Assembly (NCBI GenBank): GCA_951406725.2 | Contig: OX597821.1 | Span: 110,608,001-110,672,000, forward strand | Direction: 5' to 3' | Origin: Octopus vulgaris | Lineage: Eukaryota | DNA: 64,000 nt | Shown: positions 41,700 through 55,743 of the stretch, piece by piece | Numbering within the stretch: position 1 is the stretch's first letter | Layout of the letters: the number at the start of each line of letters is the position of its first letter | Translations under genes and position numbers: made by a program | Notes under the pieces: model-generated | Databases searched by the model: none | Seen by the model: only the letters and a program-made list of their open reading frames with translations | Told to the model about the DNA's origin: nothing

Positions 41700-42411
41700 C
41701 CTGTTATTATATATACACACATCTATCTACAAACACGTGTGTAGGTATATATGAAGATATATGTGTCTATATATGTGTATGTATGCATATATATATGTAT
41801 GTATAATTACATATATATATATGTATATACGTATAAATACATATACGTATATATGCATATACATACATATATATACATATATTCATATATATACATATGC
41901 ATATATGCATATATATACACATATACATATATATATATACGTTCATGTATATTCATACATGTACATATATACATAGATGCATATGCATATATATATGCTT
42001 TATATATATATATATATTATATATATATATTTATATATATGTATTCCTGCTTTTACAGCCGTAACATATATAGATACATCTGTATTTATGGAAATATCAG
42101 TGTGTCGAACATATATCTATATTCTATAACTCGAATAAAAACTCAAATTGAATATCGAAAACTATGGGAAAAGAATAAAAATGCCGTATGCTGTTAATAA
42201 TAGAAATGTCGAACAGTAAGAACATAACCTAAATGATATTTACCTTTCACTTTAGTTCGCGTTGTAGCTTACCTGAATTGATACGAATTTGTAGTTACGC
42301 CCAATAGTGATATTTCCATAACTGGAGTGTTACTCGGCATGTGATGGATAAATTTGGAAGTATCCGTTTGCCATCATGGCTAATAGGGGGAAATATGGCA
42401 TAGATCAGGTG

Positions 42412-42790
42412 AAGGCGTGGCTGTGTGGCAAGAAGCTTGCTTCTCAATTACTTGGTTCCGGTTTCAGTCCCGCTGCGTGGCACCTTGAGCAGGTGTCTTT
42501 TACTATAGCCTGGGGGGGCCAACCAAATCCTTGTGAGTGGGTTTACTAGAGGGGAAACTGTGTGTGTGTCTTTGTGTATGTGTTTGTCCCCCACACCCCT
42601 TGCCAACCGGTGTTAGTTTGTATATGTCGTTGTAACTTAGCGGTTCGGCTGAAATAAAAACCGTTAGGATAAGCACCAGGCTTTAAAAGACACGTCATGA
42701 GATCGATTCGTGCGACTAATAACCCTTCGACTCGGTGCTCCAGCAAGGCTGCGGTCCAGTGACTGAAACACGTAAAAGGTAAACGACAAA
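42412..42790 (+). mobile_element. SINE family B
   Basis: AAGGCGTGGCTGTGTGG...CCTTGAGCAGGTGTC...GACTGAAACACGTAAAAG. Confidence 0.8.
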
Positions 42791-42922
42791 AGACTGAATT
42801 ACGGGGGGGGGGAAGCTGTCAAGCTGTGAGGTCGGGAAAAATACAGACGCAAAGACGAGAAGTTTCCGTCTCCCAAATCCACTCACAAGGCTTTGGTCGG
42901 CCGGAAGCTATAGTAGTAGGAC

Positions 42923-43632
42923 TGTTGTGGAGGACACCCCCGAGCCAGAGAAGTGGGCTGATCCACTACAAATAGTGGACAGCCACAACGAGTGGGTCAG
43001 TAGGTGATGTACGCCGTTCGCGTTCAGCCACGCCGACGACGATGTACGCTGTTATAATATAGGACATAATATAGGACATAACTGTGTCGAGTAAGACATA
43101 ACAGCGGCGACGAGGTTTCAAGCACATACAGGATATAACATGTAACAACGGAGGAGGAAGCACTCCGTCGGTTACGACGACGAGGGTTCCAGTTGATCCG
43201 ATCAACTGAACAGCCAGCTCGTGAAATTAACCTGTAAGTGGCTGAGCACTCCACAGACACGTGTACCCTTAACGTAGTTCTCGGGGATATTCAGCGTGAC
43301 ACAGAGAGTGACAAGGCTGGCCCTTTGAAATACAGGTACAACAGAAACAGGAAGTAAGAGTGAGAGAAAGTTGTGGTGAAAGAGTACAGCAGGGATCACC
43401 ACCATCCCCTGCCGGAGCCTCGTGGAGCCTTTTAGGTGTTTTCGCTCAATAAACACTCACAACGCCCGGTCTGGGAATCGAAACCGCGATCCTATGACCG
43501 CGAGTCCGCTGCCCTAACCACTGGGCCATTGCGCCTCCACAACAACGATAATACGCAGGATACAACAATAGTTGCAGAAAATAACAAGGAAAAATTCGGT
43601 GACAAGAATTCGAAAACACGTAGGATACAACA
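42923..43632. mobile_element. Solo LTR-like element (TGTTG...CAACA) inside a SINE B copy, itself containing SINE C
   Basis: Termini TGTTGT and ACAACA, flanks AGGAC/GGGAC, TACAAATAG at about 42967. SINE B halves lie at 42860-42922 and 43633-43680. Confidence 0.6.
43156..43540 (-). mobile_element. tRNA-derived SINE family C with 7-bp TSD
   Basis: Head TGGAGGCGCAATGGCCCAGTGGTTAGG...GGTTTCGATTCCC. TSD AACAACG at 43144-43150 and 43541-43547. Nearly identical to 50100-50485. Confidence 0.9.
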
Positions 43633-43787
43633 GGGACTGAACCCAGAATCATATGATTGAGAAGCAAGCTTCTTACCACCAAGTTTATATAGCGATTCTT
43701 TTAACGACACCGCCAAGATAGCATTCCTTTATAATATTTTAATTCAGGGAGGCGGCGAGCTGACAGAAACGTTATCACGCCGGGCTC

Positions 43788-43945
43788 GCTGTGTGGTAAG
43801 TATCTTGCTTACTAACCACATGGTTCCGGGTTCAGTCCCACTGCGTGGCACTTTGGGCAAGGGTCTTCTACTATAGCCTTGGGCCGACCAAAGCCTTGCG
43901 AATGAGATAATTAGGCGGAAACTGAAAGAAGCCCGTCGTATATAC

Positions 43946-43976
<31 letters not shown>

Positions 43977-44208
43977 TGTATGTATGTATGTATGTATGTA
44001 TGTATGTGATTGTCTGTCTGTGTTTGTCCCCCTCACCATCGCTTGACAACCAATGCTGGTGTGTTTACGTCTCCGAAACTTTGTGGTTCGGCAAAAGACA
44101 ACCGATAGAATAAGTACTATGCTTACAAAGAATAAGTCCTGGTGTCGATTTGCTCGACTAAAGCATGACCGCAGTCAAATGACTGAAACAAGTAAAAGAG
44201 TAAGAGAA
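43788..44208 (+). mobile_element. SINE family B (preceded by a SINE A head fragment)
   Basis: Matches the 37338 copy. Confidence 0.85.
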
Positions 44209-44679
44209 GATGTGTGTGTGTGTGTGTGTGTGTGTGTGTCTGTGTGTGTGTGTGTGTGTGTGTGTAAAATTATTATAGAATTCTGTAGAAATAATACTTA
44301 TGTGTTAATGTGTGTGTATGTATGCATGTATCACAAATATATCAAATCACAGGTCCTTCCCGAATCACAGACTTATAACGTTGGGGTTCTGGTTTCGTGG
44401 GTTTCTGGTTTCGTGGGTTTCTGGTTTCGTATATTCCTCTGTCCCCACTCAAGGATTACATTCATTTTTAGCTGCTGATTCGGGTGGAGCGACATGAATA
44501 CAACGCTCAACAATACAACGCATCGCCCAATCCACGAATCGAAACTGCAATCTTGCGATTGCGAGTGCAACACACTAACGACAAAATACGACGCGCTTCA
44601 CATCATATATATGTGTGTATGTGTGAGCGTGTCTGTGCGCGCACGCGTGTGTGTTTGTGCTTGTGTACGAATGCATGTA

Positions 44680-44917
44680 TAGGGTGTTCAAAAAGTCTCT
44701 CCACAGTCAGTATTTAATGGGTTTCCGGGAGATTCTTGTACACTGATCCTTTACATGCTCCCCAGAAAAAAAAAATGTCTGGTGGTGTTAAATCAGGTGA
44801 TTTCGGTGGCCAAGGTCCCTTCAAAATAATCCGTTTACTGAAAATCTTTTGAAATATCGCCATAATGATGCGCAGAATAAAAAGAATTCACTGCGGAGAG
44901 ACTTTTTGAACACCATG
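44680..44917. mobile_element. Tc1/mariner-superfamily MITE (internal deletion derivative)
   Basis: TIRs GGTGTTCAAAAAGTCTCTCC.CAG and CTGCGGAGAGACTTTTTGAACACC, TA flanks. The minus strand retains WPPKSPDLTPPD..WG..KD (DD37D-like). Confidence 0.85.
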
Positions 44918-45084
44918 TATGTTTACACAAACGACTAGTGTTTATATATAAAAAATTTTATAGACGCTTACGTTTACATCAGTTATGTAAATACGTGTAT
45001 GTGCCTCACTGCTTCTTATTTTCCTTTAATTATATTCGTGTGTGTGTGTATGTCAATGTATATACATGCATACATACAAACATT

Positions 45085-45125
<41 letters not shown>

Positions 45126-45446
45126 CCTTTTGTGTATGTTGATATATATATGTGGATTTTAATATAAATATGTATTGCAGTATTTATAACAGGTTTAATT
45201 TCTATGCATTAATTTGTACTGTCTTCATTAACGGCAATAGGTTTTTTCCTCGGTTTTTCCTCGGATTTTATAATTTTTATAAGTTTTTATATATATATAT
45301 ACATATATTTTTGACCTTTTTGTTTATCGCTCGAAGATTGACCGTTTTTTCTAAAGGGCCAATCAAACAAGTCCATTTCTTTTTAAAGGTGTAGCGTTTG
45401 TAAGAGTATAGATTGAATTAATATATATGTTCCATTCTAGCAAAAA

Positions 45447-45484
45447 CTGTCTGATGAACGGCAACGAGAAACTCAGAGTAACAG
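45447..45484 (+). ncRNA. Minimal type I hammerhead motif in a probable solo pLTR (about 45125-45520)
   Basis: CTGT-CTGATGA-aCG GCAA CGa-GAAACTCAGAGTA-ACAG. Stem II closing pair is A-A. Confidence 0.65.
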
Positions 45485-45944
45485 ATTTTGTTGAATTTTC
45501 TGCTGCGTAAAATAAAGTATATATATATATATATATATAGAAAAGGGCACGTATATGTTGGTTAGTTTATATGGGAAATTTCATTATTTATCTGTGTCAG
45601 TATTTATGTATCTACATACGCAACAGCGAACACGCTTGTTTGCGCATGCATCTGTGTATGTATATATTACATATTCCTTGTTATACATTCTATATATATA
45701 TATTCGTATATTCGAACTATCATTTTTTACACACGCTTACATATGCATATACAAGTAGGAATCAATGCCGCGTCTGTATTCCTACACAACTGTAATTAAT
45801 TTCACACGAAGAGAGACATGTGAAATACAATGTTGGTGTTATTATTATTATTATTATTATTATAATTATTATTATTGTTATTGTTATTGTTGTTGTTGTT
45901 GTTGTTGTTATTATTATTATTATTATTACTATTATTATTATTAC

Positions 45945-45986
<42 letters not shown>

Positions 45987-46101
45987 AGTTATTATCATTA
46001 TTTGATATCAGTTTTTGGCATCAATCGTGTTTTTATACCTGGAAATAGCGTCCTTAATTCTAGAGCGAGAAGCAATGGTAACAGACATTAACAACAAATA
46101 T

Positions 46102-46138
<37 letters not shown>

Positions 46139-46228
46139 ACCGTAATTGCATACACAGATACGCGGCAAACATGAATCATACACTCACGGATATATACGCT
46201 CATACCTGATAATAAACACACACAGAGA

Positions 46229-46281
<53 letters not shown>

Positions 46282-46799
46282 CTATGTATGTATGTATGTA
46301 TGTGTGTATGCTTTTATGAACGAGTACGTCATTACATGTATATAATGTGAGAGAAGGTAAAAAAAAACAAGGTGCAGATATAGAAGTTAATGTGTATGCG
46401 TGTGCGTGTGTGTACGTATGTGTGTGTCTGTGTTCTTATTGTGGGTGTATGTGTGTGTGGCTATAAACATATATATATATGTATGTATGTATGTATATAT
46501 GAATATATATACACATAAATATGTGCATATAAAAGCATACATATTTGTGTGTGTCTACATTTTATTGGAATTTGAAATCGTTACGTAATGTTTCACGTTT
46601 CCGGTCTTCAAACGAACATGAAAAAAAATATAAGGCATAAGGGAAATACTTAAAGCATAAATCACGACTAATGTCGAACGCTGATTGGATGAATCGTATC
46701 TGCTGCCGCTCGGGAAAACAAAGATTAAACTGTGCATAAGCAGGTGAGAGAGCAGGGAGAGGGAGAGGGGGAGGGGAAAGATAGAGACCAGCCTAGAGG

Positions 46800-46842
46800 A
46801 GGAGGAAGAGGAAGAGGAGGAGAAGAAGAAGAAGAAGAAGAA

Positions 46843-46893
<51 letters not shown>

Positions 46894-46894
46894 A

Positions 46895-46929
<35 letters not shown>

Positions 46930-46930
46930 A

Positions 46931-46974
<44 letters not shown>

Positions 46975-46975
46975 A

Positions 46976-47007
<32 letters not shown>

Positions 47008-47026
47008 AATGATGATGATGATGATA

Positions 47027-47073
<47 letters not shown>

Positions 47074-47092
47074 AATGATGATGATGATGATA

Positions 47093-47125
<33 letters not shown>

Positions 47126-47420
47126 TAGAAGAAGAAGAAAAAGAAGAAGAAGATGATGATGATGATGATGATGAATCATGATGATGATGATGATGATGAT
47201 GTAGAAGAAGAAGAAGAAGAAGAAGAAGAAGAAGAACAACAACAATAACAACAACAACAACAAGAAAGGGGAGATGAAGGAGGAGAAGGTAGAGAAGGAG
47301 AAGGTAGAGGAGTAGCAGAAGCAGAGAGAGAAGGACGAGCAGGAAGACGATGAGGAGGAGGTGGAGGAGGAGGTGGAGGTTGAGGAGGAGGTGGAGGGTG
47401 AGAAGGAGGTGGAGGACGAG
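46800..47420. repeat. (GAT)n/(GAA)n/(GAG)n trinucleotide block
   Basis: Direct inspection. Confidence 0.95.
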
Positions 47421-47664
47421 GACGCAAGCTCTCTCGCACAACGTCGAGAATTCATCGGCAGATATTGAGAAAAATATCTGATAATATTAATATGAAAAAC
47501 TTGAAAGCATAACCAGATTAGAAAAAAACCCTTAGCGAAATGAAGTGAGAAGATGGTGAATGCAGAGGAAGTGGAGCGAAAGAAGGATGGCGGTAAAAAA
47601 TGAGTTCGAAATTTCATTTAACTTTTATGATATACACAGACACCTACATACATACATACATACA

Positions 47665-47698
<34 letters not shown>

Positions 47699-47784
47699 CA
47701 TACATACATACATACATACATACATACATACATGCATACATGCATACATACATACACACATACATACATACATACACACATACA

Positions 47785-47818
<34 letters not shown>

Positions 47819-47923
47819 CATACATATATACATACATACATACATACGGATATTAATGTAGATTTAGTAAGATAGATGTGCGTGTGTGTGCTTGTGTTCG
47901 TGCGTGTATGTATACATACATGC

Positions 47924-47956
<33 letters not shown>

Positions 47957-48202
47957 ATCATGGCTATAAACATCTCATGCTCGTATACCACACATATACA
48001 CAAAAAGAAATAGAAATACACTGATGAGCACGCATATATATAATTATATACGTGAATACATACATACATAAATACATACACACACACACACACATATATA
48101 CATACATACATACATACACACATGCATACATACATACATACATACATACACACATGCATACATACATACACACACACACATACATACATACATACATATA
48201 CA

Positions 48203-48234
<32 letters not shown>

Positions 48235-48301
48235 CGTACGTACATAGACATACGTACGTACATACATACAGACAGACGCTCAGACTCGCAGGCTCCCACA
48301 A

Positions 48302-48337
<36 letters not shown>

Positions 48338-49100
48338 GAACGCGCAAGCACATAAACATCCAAGCCACTCGCGTATATACATACACGTATGAAAAAAAGC
48401 CCATGTCACAAACTGGGGAAAAGCTCGACGAAACCGTTAGAGGGTTGCGTAAAAAAAATATTTTGCTTTAGAAATTATATTTATCGAATCGAAATAGTTA
48501 TTTCATTTTATTTTAGTTTATTTTTTTATTAAAATTATGAAAGATGAACAAGCAAAAATGATTATTATTACATCGTCGATGTAAGAATACAAACAAAAAA
48601 AACCCCCAAAAGATCTTAAAAGAGCTGCAAAGAAAAAGACTCGTATTCTTTTTTTTTTTTTTTTTTTTCATTTCAGAAGAAAGAGTGAAAAGGATTTTAT
48701 AAATATGAAGAAAAACTTCGGCCGATTTTTTTAAAAGAAAACAATAAAGAATAAACAGTAGTATTCCAAGAGAAAATGAAAAACAAAAAGAAAATGAGAT
48801 TTTTTTCTTTTTTGTCCAGAAGAAAGAACTTTGCGTCGAGATCGTGCATCATGAAACAGAAACTGCCAGACAGGAGGAGACACTTTAAGAGATCAAAGAA
48901 TTTCGATATGTTAGTCGTGTTAACATCCAATATGTGTCAGTAGGTTAGTTCAGATAAAACCGTACCCATAATCCTAGGAGATTCTTGTTGGTCTGCGTTC
49001 ACAAGACTTCCATTATTTTTGGAAACAGCGCATAAGTGGTCGAGGTCATAACATTCTTTCTGTTAAAGAAAGTGGAAGATCCAAATTTCAGACAGTCCTT

Positions 49101-49527
49101 GGATCTTTTCGCTTTGACCGGCAGTTTTTTAAAATAATTTCCATGTAACTAAACACTTTTAAACTTCGTATACTGGTAGAATGTGTTTATAAAACATCTT
49201 TTTCTTTTGGCTTTCTTGAGAAAATTCTGTAGTTTGTAAGATATTTGTAAGATATTTTCTTTAATTTATGCAATTTCAACCAATCAATGAGATGAAAACA
49301 TTCTCTCCGTAAACATTTTCTGGCGGTGATATAGGAAATTGTCCCTCGTTTAAGAAACAGATTGGGTTTATTTGCAAGAAGAAAAAAGCTAACCCTAGCT
49401 AACCCTAACTCTAACCCTAACCCTAAAACAGATTGAAATGCAATAGATCGATACTAGGGTAATAATTATGGGTGACAATTTCATATGACACCGCTAGAAA
49501 AAACTGCCGGTCAAAGCGAAAAGATCC
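49101..49527. mobile_element. MITE with perfect 29-bp TIRs and internal (CCCTAA)n
   Basis: GGATCTTTTCGCTTTGACCGGCAGTTTTT and AAAAACTGCCGGTCAAAGCGAAAAGATCC. Flanks CAGTCCTT/GTGTCCTT may be an 8-bp TSD. Confidence 0.88.
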
Positions 49528-49856
49528 GTGTCCTTCATCAAGATATAGTGGGCAGTAGAGAAATAAACGAAAATGACTGGAGAGGATTTCGTTCATTCGA
49601 TCGCAAAAGAATTTAGAATAAAGAATCTCGATTCATGGCTGCAAGTATTCATTAATTCAGACTTCTGGATCAAAATAAATTCGGAAGAAAGGAAAAAGAC
49701 ACATTGGCTATCTCTTCGAAGCACCGCCTGTAAGGACTTGATTCTTCTAATATCAGAGCTGAGATAAATTCCTTCAAAAGTCGAGTATATTTTAATAGTC
49801 TCGTGGAAAATCTTTGTATTTGGATGCTCAAAAACAATTTCCATACTTATAGAATC

Positions 49857-50564
49857 TGTTGTATAGTGAAACTGTATACCCCTCACGGTAAAAAGTGGCA
49901 GGTGTAAGCCATTATAAATAGACCAGTAGTCGGTCGTCAGAGAGGGTCGAGAGTCAACGAGTTGACATTCGACAGTTCAAGCTGGTGTCTTGTGGAGCTA
50001 TCAGCGATAGTAAGACAAGAGAAGCCAGTGTATAACTACTCCGGTACGAAGAGATACAACGGTATCCGATGACTAGTAACTATTGTGGCTACTAGAGTGT
50101 GGAAGCACTCCGTCGGTTACGACGACGAGGGTTCTGGTTGATCCGAATCAACGGAACAGCCTGCTCGTGAAATTAACGTGTAAGTGGCTGAGCACTCCAC
50201 AGACACGTGTACCCTTAACGTAGTTCTCGGGGATATTCAGCGTGACACAGAGAGTGACAAGGCCGGCCCTTTGAAATACAGGTACAACAGAAACAGGAAG
50301 TAAGAGTGAGAGAAAGTTGTGGTGAAAGAGTACAGCAGGGATCACCACCATACCCTGCCGGAGCCGCGTGGAGCTTTTAGGTGTTTTCGCTCAATAAACA
50401 CTCACAACGCCCGGTCTGGGAATCGAAACCGCGATCCTATGACCGCGAGTCCGCTGCCCTAACCACTGGGCCATTGCGCCTCCACAGGCTACTAGAGTAA
50501 AACAGCAACTACAGCACAACGGCAGTCACACAACACACCAGTGGAAGGAGCCAACTTTACAACA
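49857..50564. mobile_element. Solo LTR-like element containing SINE C
   Basis: Termini TGTTGTATAGT and ACTTTACAACA (10/11 inverted match), TATAAATAG at about 49913. Confidence 0.65.
50100..50485 (-). mobile_element. SINE family C with 12-bp TSD
   Basis: TSD GGCTACTAGAGT at 50087-50098 and 50487-50498. Confidence 0.9.
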
Positions 50565-50754
50565 AAATTTTGTTTTGAATTTATTACCCTTCAAACCAAA
50601 ATACTTTTCTCTTACCTTCTGTACTTTCTGACTGTATTCTATCTTTAGGCGGAGCAATGAACAGCACTGAGGAAGAAAATTATTTGGATTCATATAATTA
50701 CATCATCGTCGTCGTCGTCCTCATCGTCTCGTCGTCGTCTTCATCATCAACCCC

Positions 50755-50985
50755 TCTGTTTCGTGATGTTGGACTCATATCAAGCCTGTCACCCCGTTTC
50801 CATCGCGCATAAGTGGCCGAGATCACAACATTCTGCCTGAACGGGACACCCGTCCGACGAAGGGTTACGTTTACAACCGAGTGAACTGGACCGACATGAA
50901 ACGTAGTGTTTTTTTCCGGTCCGAGAATCGAAACCACGATCATGCAGTCGAGAGTACAATGCCCTAACCATAAGGTCATGCGCCT
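50755..50985 (-). mobile_element. Diverged tRNA-derived SINE
   Basis: Minus head GGCGCATGACCTTATGGTTAGGGC...GGTTTCGATTCTC with a (GAT/GAC)n tail. Confidence 0.6.
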
Positions 50986-51388
50986 AAACTGTTAAATATC
51001 ATTAATACCAATGAGCATTTTAGCATTAGATTAGTTAAAAATAATCAAAATGTTACAAGTACAGCTAACTTCAAAAGGGTTTTTGTTGAAGACCCTACGA
51101 TATCTATGTCCTTTGAGGATTTTCCAATATACTAATTTCAAGAATTTCCAAGGCAGTCCCTATATAAACGTTAAAAGGTGGACTTAACCATATAATTATC
51201 CTATTTCGATTTCTATTTTGAGGCTCAATACATCTAGCTACATAATGGATCTTCGCAACCACATGATTCTGGGCTCAGTCCCAATGTTTGGCATCTTGGG
51301 CAAGTGTCTTCTACTATAGCCTCAATTCGACCAAAGCCTTGTGACTGGATTCGGTAGATGAAAATGATAGAAGCCTAACGTGTATAAT

Positions 51389-51875
51389 GTATCACTGCCA
51401 TGCAGCATAGCTGTTCGCACACAGGCATCGTACAATCTACCTTTCACTCCGAGAGAGAACCTTTCGGTACCAGCAGGGGTAGGAGCTCTCTGAATTTTGC
51501 CTAGCTTAATCTTATTCTCACAGCTACACTCTGGGGTGTCCCCATCCACAACTAACTTGGTCATCTAGATAACGGAAGTTATCTACCTCTAGTTTGCCCC
51601 CCCCTTGCAGTGATGGAGTCTATTTTCTGCACGTTTTCAGTGTTTATTGTACCTGTGTATCTTCCACACGCAAAAGCTAGTTTCCCTGTTACATTTCCTC
51701 TGATATTGATTTTATGTGTCCAAAGCTTACACCGGCTGTATCTTATGGAGTTTCTACCTATACCTTTTCTACAGATCAAGCAGGGCCATCTACCTGAAGG
51801 GGTTTGTGATTTGTTTGCCTTCCTACTTACTAAGATTTTGGTTTTTGCTAGGTTAACTTTAAGGCCCTTTGATTC
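51389..51875 (-). mobile_element. Degraded RTE-like LINE fragment
   Basis: GLKVNLAKTKIL, C.ICRKGIGRNSI..SRCKLWTHK and FSLGVKGRLYDACVRTAMLHGS across frames. Confidence 0.75.
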
Positions 51876-53136
51876 TTATTTAAAGGTTGATTGTGTGGGA
51901 CGAATCATATGTGATTGTTTAAAAAAGGTTAGAACCTCAATATTAAAACGTATTTGAAACAATGGACAACAGTCGAAACATCATTATAGAGGGTTAAAAA
52001 TAAGCATCCTTAAAGTGAAACAACGCATTGGTAGGTAAACAAATATATCAACAAATAGAAGAGAGGAAATGGGACATCACCTTTCAGGTAACTCAGAATA
52101 GGTAAAGGTAAGCTTGCCAAAGTTTAATGCAGTATAAATATGGCGATTAAGATTGTTTAGTATTGGATAGTCATCACGTACAGTATTCTTAGTAAATTTA
52201 ATGCCAATATACGACGATAAAGATTTAAAAAGTATGGAAGACCCTACATACACAAAAACTATGTACATACAACGAATTTGGAAAATATTTTAGATTAATA
52301 TAAACATTTATTTACATGAAAGAAAATTACCGGAGACATAACACGTGTTGTGCTAAAAATAACAGCTAAATAAGATTTTTTGGATAAACTTTTTAAATTA
52401 ACACAAACATTTATTTACTTGAGAACAAAATGACAGCTTCCAAATCCTGTTTCTTGACTGGGTCACCGCGTAGGTGAACTGTCGAAGTAAATAAATAGAC
52501 AAAATCCTTACACTTTTATATAAAGATTACTCTACATACATCTACGTCCATTCACGCGAAAGTTCTGGGCTAAATGTTATTGTGCATGACCATCTTTGGG
52601 ACATGACTAATGTGAGTGTAAAGTTTGGAGAAAATCGGTTGAGAATTGTAGGAATGTATGCGTTAGTCATTATACACACACATAATGCGATTTATATATA
52701 CTAGATATGTGTGCGTATGCGCGCGCACGCGTGTGTGTGTGTGTGTGTGTGTAACTATAAGTGCATGTGTGTATGTAAGTATAAGTGCGTGTGTGCATGT
52801 GTGTGTATGTGTGAGTGTGTGTGGGCGTACTGAGACACTGGATATTCGCTCGTGCTTTTTCTAGTCTTGGTTACTTGAGCTTAAAATGTATCCTAACATT
52901 CGGAGATATCTTGTCCACGTGCACTTATATACACGTGACAATATCTATGTTTGTGTCTGTGTATATACGCAGTTATATGTATGTGTGCGTGTGTGGGTGG
53001 GTGTATATATAAATATATATAGAGCATATATATATATGTATATATACATATATATTTTGTGTGTATCTGTATGTGTTTGTATTTATGTCTACTTGATAGC
53101 TATATATAATTTATATATAGATATACAGATAGATAT

Positions 53137-53173
<37 letters not shown>

Positions 53174-53519
53174 TGGACGGACGGACGGACAAACAGATAG
53201 ATTATCGACATTGCCCCAACACGATGAAGAATGTCCACAGAGTAGTAATTATGTTAGTAACATAGATGAATATATTAAACAAGTAACCGTGGTAACTGCA
53301 ACACACTAGCAACCGCCGACGTCACAGATTGTTATCGTACAGTTTCTTAGCCGTCATTAAATAGCAATAACATGAGGGTGTAGTACAAACAAACCACAAC
53401 TTACGGTCATCCTATTCATTCATTCATTCAAACACATCCTGGCGGCGATTCATAGTCTCTCCATGAACACAATAGCTCTACTAATGACATCAGTGCAAAC
53501 TTAAACCCTTTCCGTCTTC

Positions 53520-53563
<44 letters not shown>

Positions 53564-53598
53564 GCATTCGTTCTGTCTCTTTCTATCTATCTCTGTAC

Positions 53599-53654
<56 letters not shown>

Positions 53655-53907
53655 AGCTCTCTATTTCTCTCCGTTTCTCTATCAATACATGCATATCTAT
53701 GAATGTATTAATGTATGTATGTAGACACACAGAGAGACAGATAGACAGATAGATATACAGACAGTCATATAGACAGACAAGCAGACATCATTATAGGCAG
53801 GCAGGCAGACAGACATATAGATAGATAGATAGATAGATAGATAGACAGACAAAAAGACAGACAGATAGCTAGATAGATAGGCAAAAAGACAGACAGATAG
53901 CTAGAGT

Positions 53908-53997
<90 letters not shown>

Positions 53998-54027
53998 ATA
54001 TATGTTTATATATACATATGTTTATAT

Positions 54028-54059
<32 letters not shown>

Positions 54060-54151
54060 ATGATATATAGTAAATTCAATATATATATGAGGATGGTCAT
54101 TGGGCGGGGAGGTCATAACCACACGCACTATATACTCGTTCTTCACTTCAG

Positions 54152-54195
<44 letters not shown>

Positions 54196-54196
54196 G

Positions 54197-54810
54197 TGCC
54201 CGACACAGACACACGCATACCCTTAAAGTAGTTGTCAAGGAGATTCAGCGTGACACACTGTATGTGACAAAGGTGGGTTTTTGAATTACAGGCACAACTC
54301 ATTTTTGCTCGCAGAGTGGACCGGAGCCGCATGAAATAAAGTGTCTTGCTCAAGAGACACAACGCACTGCCGGGAATCAAATTCACATCCTTACGATCGT
54401 GAACCGAATATCCTAACCACTTAGCCACGCGCCTCCAAAACGACAACAAAAACAACATCAACAATAAGTGGAGGTGCAATGACCCAGTGGTTAGGGCAGC
54501 GAACTCACAGTCGGAGCGTTGTGTGTGTTTATCGAGCGAAAACACCTGATGCTTCCACGAGGCTCCGACAGGGGTGGGGTGGTGATCCCTGTTGTACTCT
54601 TTCGCTCCAACTTTCTCTCACGCTTTCTTTCCGTTTTTTGTCCCCGACATCCTACGCAACCGCTGAGCCTGGATGCACATTCATCCATCCGTCGATGCTC
54701 TCGGTGTCGGGGGTTGACCTTACTTTCTCTTCTGCGGGTCTTACGAATAGCAAAGGACCACGTTTCGGACTTCTCCCATCTTTCGAGCTCTGGGACGAAG
54801 ACCGTTCACT
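54197..54810. mobile_element. Two head-to-head tRNA SINEs related to family C (54197-54437 minus; 54468-54810 plus)
   Basis: TGGAGGCGCGTGGCTAAGTGGTTAGG (minus) and TGGAGGTGCAATGACCCAGTGGTTAGGGCAGCG (plus). Confidence 0.75.
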
Positions 54811-54816
54811 CAACAG

Positions 54817-54851
<35 letters not shown>

Positions 54852-55084
54852 ACAGTACATTTTACCAGCAAACGGAAGCATTTAAAGACTGCAGACAAAG
54901 CCCGTCTTTGTTTTTCTCAGTCGAGCTAAACTCAAAACGAAGTCTAACGTAATGTCTTACTCCTGTCAAACGCCACATCCTGATGACTTTCATCTTTTTT
55001 TCTTTCTCTTCCTGTTTTCGCAGATTCGCTCTTTATTAAGTTTCAATAGAGGCGGATCTCAATAGTTTAATACTCGTCATCACA

Positions 55085-55234
55085 ACCGTCGTCGTCGTCG
55101 TCGTCGTCGTCATCATCATCATCATCGTCATCATCATCATCACCATTCCCAACACCACACCATCAACATAATTTGGCTGTGATTCATCATCGTATCGTTC
55201 GCCATCGTCGTCGTCGCCATCGTCGTCACCGTCG

Positions 55235-55289
<55 letters not shown>

Positions 55290-55415
55290 TACTACAATCA
55301 TTATCATTGTTTTCATCCACATCACTTCCCCTTACCACCATCATTGTGTCGTCGTCGTCGACGTCGTGCTCAGCATCATCATCATCATCATCCTCATATC
55401 ATCATCATCATCATT

Positions 55416-55450
<35 letters not shown>

Positions 55451-55589
55451 TATCATCATTATCATCATCATCATCATCATCATCATCATCGTCGTCATCA
55501 TCATCATCGTCGTCATCATCGTCATCATCATCATCATCATCATTATCATCATTATCATCATCATCATCATCATCATCATCATCGTCGTC

Positions 55590-55620
<31 letters not shown>

Positions 55621-55652
55621 CCATCATCATGATCATGATCATGATGATGATG

Positions 55653-55743
<91 letters not shown>

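Noticed and set aside
46725-47617. Poly-Asp/His/Ser/Met ORFs
   Set aside because: Translations of (GAT)n in several frames, with no non-repetitive coding context.
48021-48030. CTGATGAG motif
   Set aside because: No downstream GAAA or stems, so probably chance.
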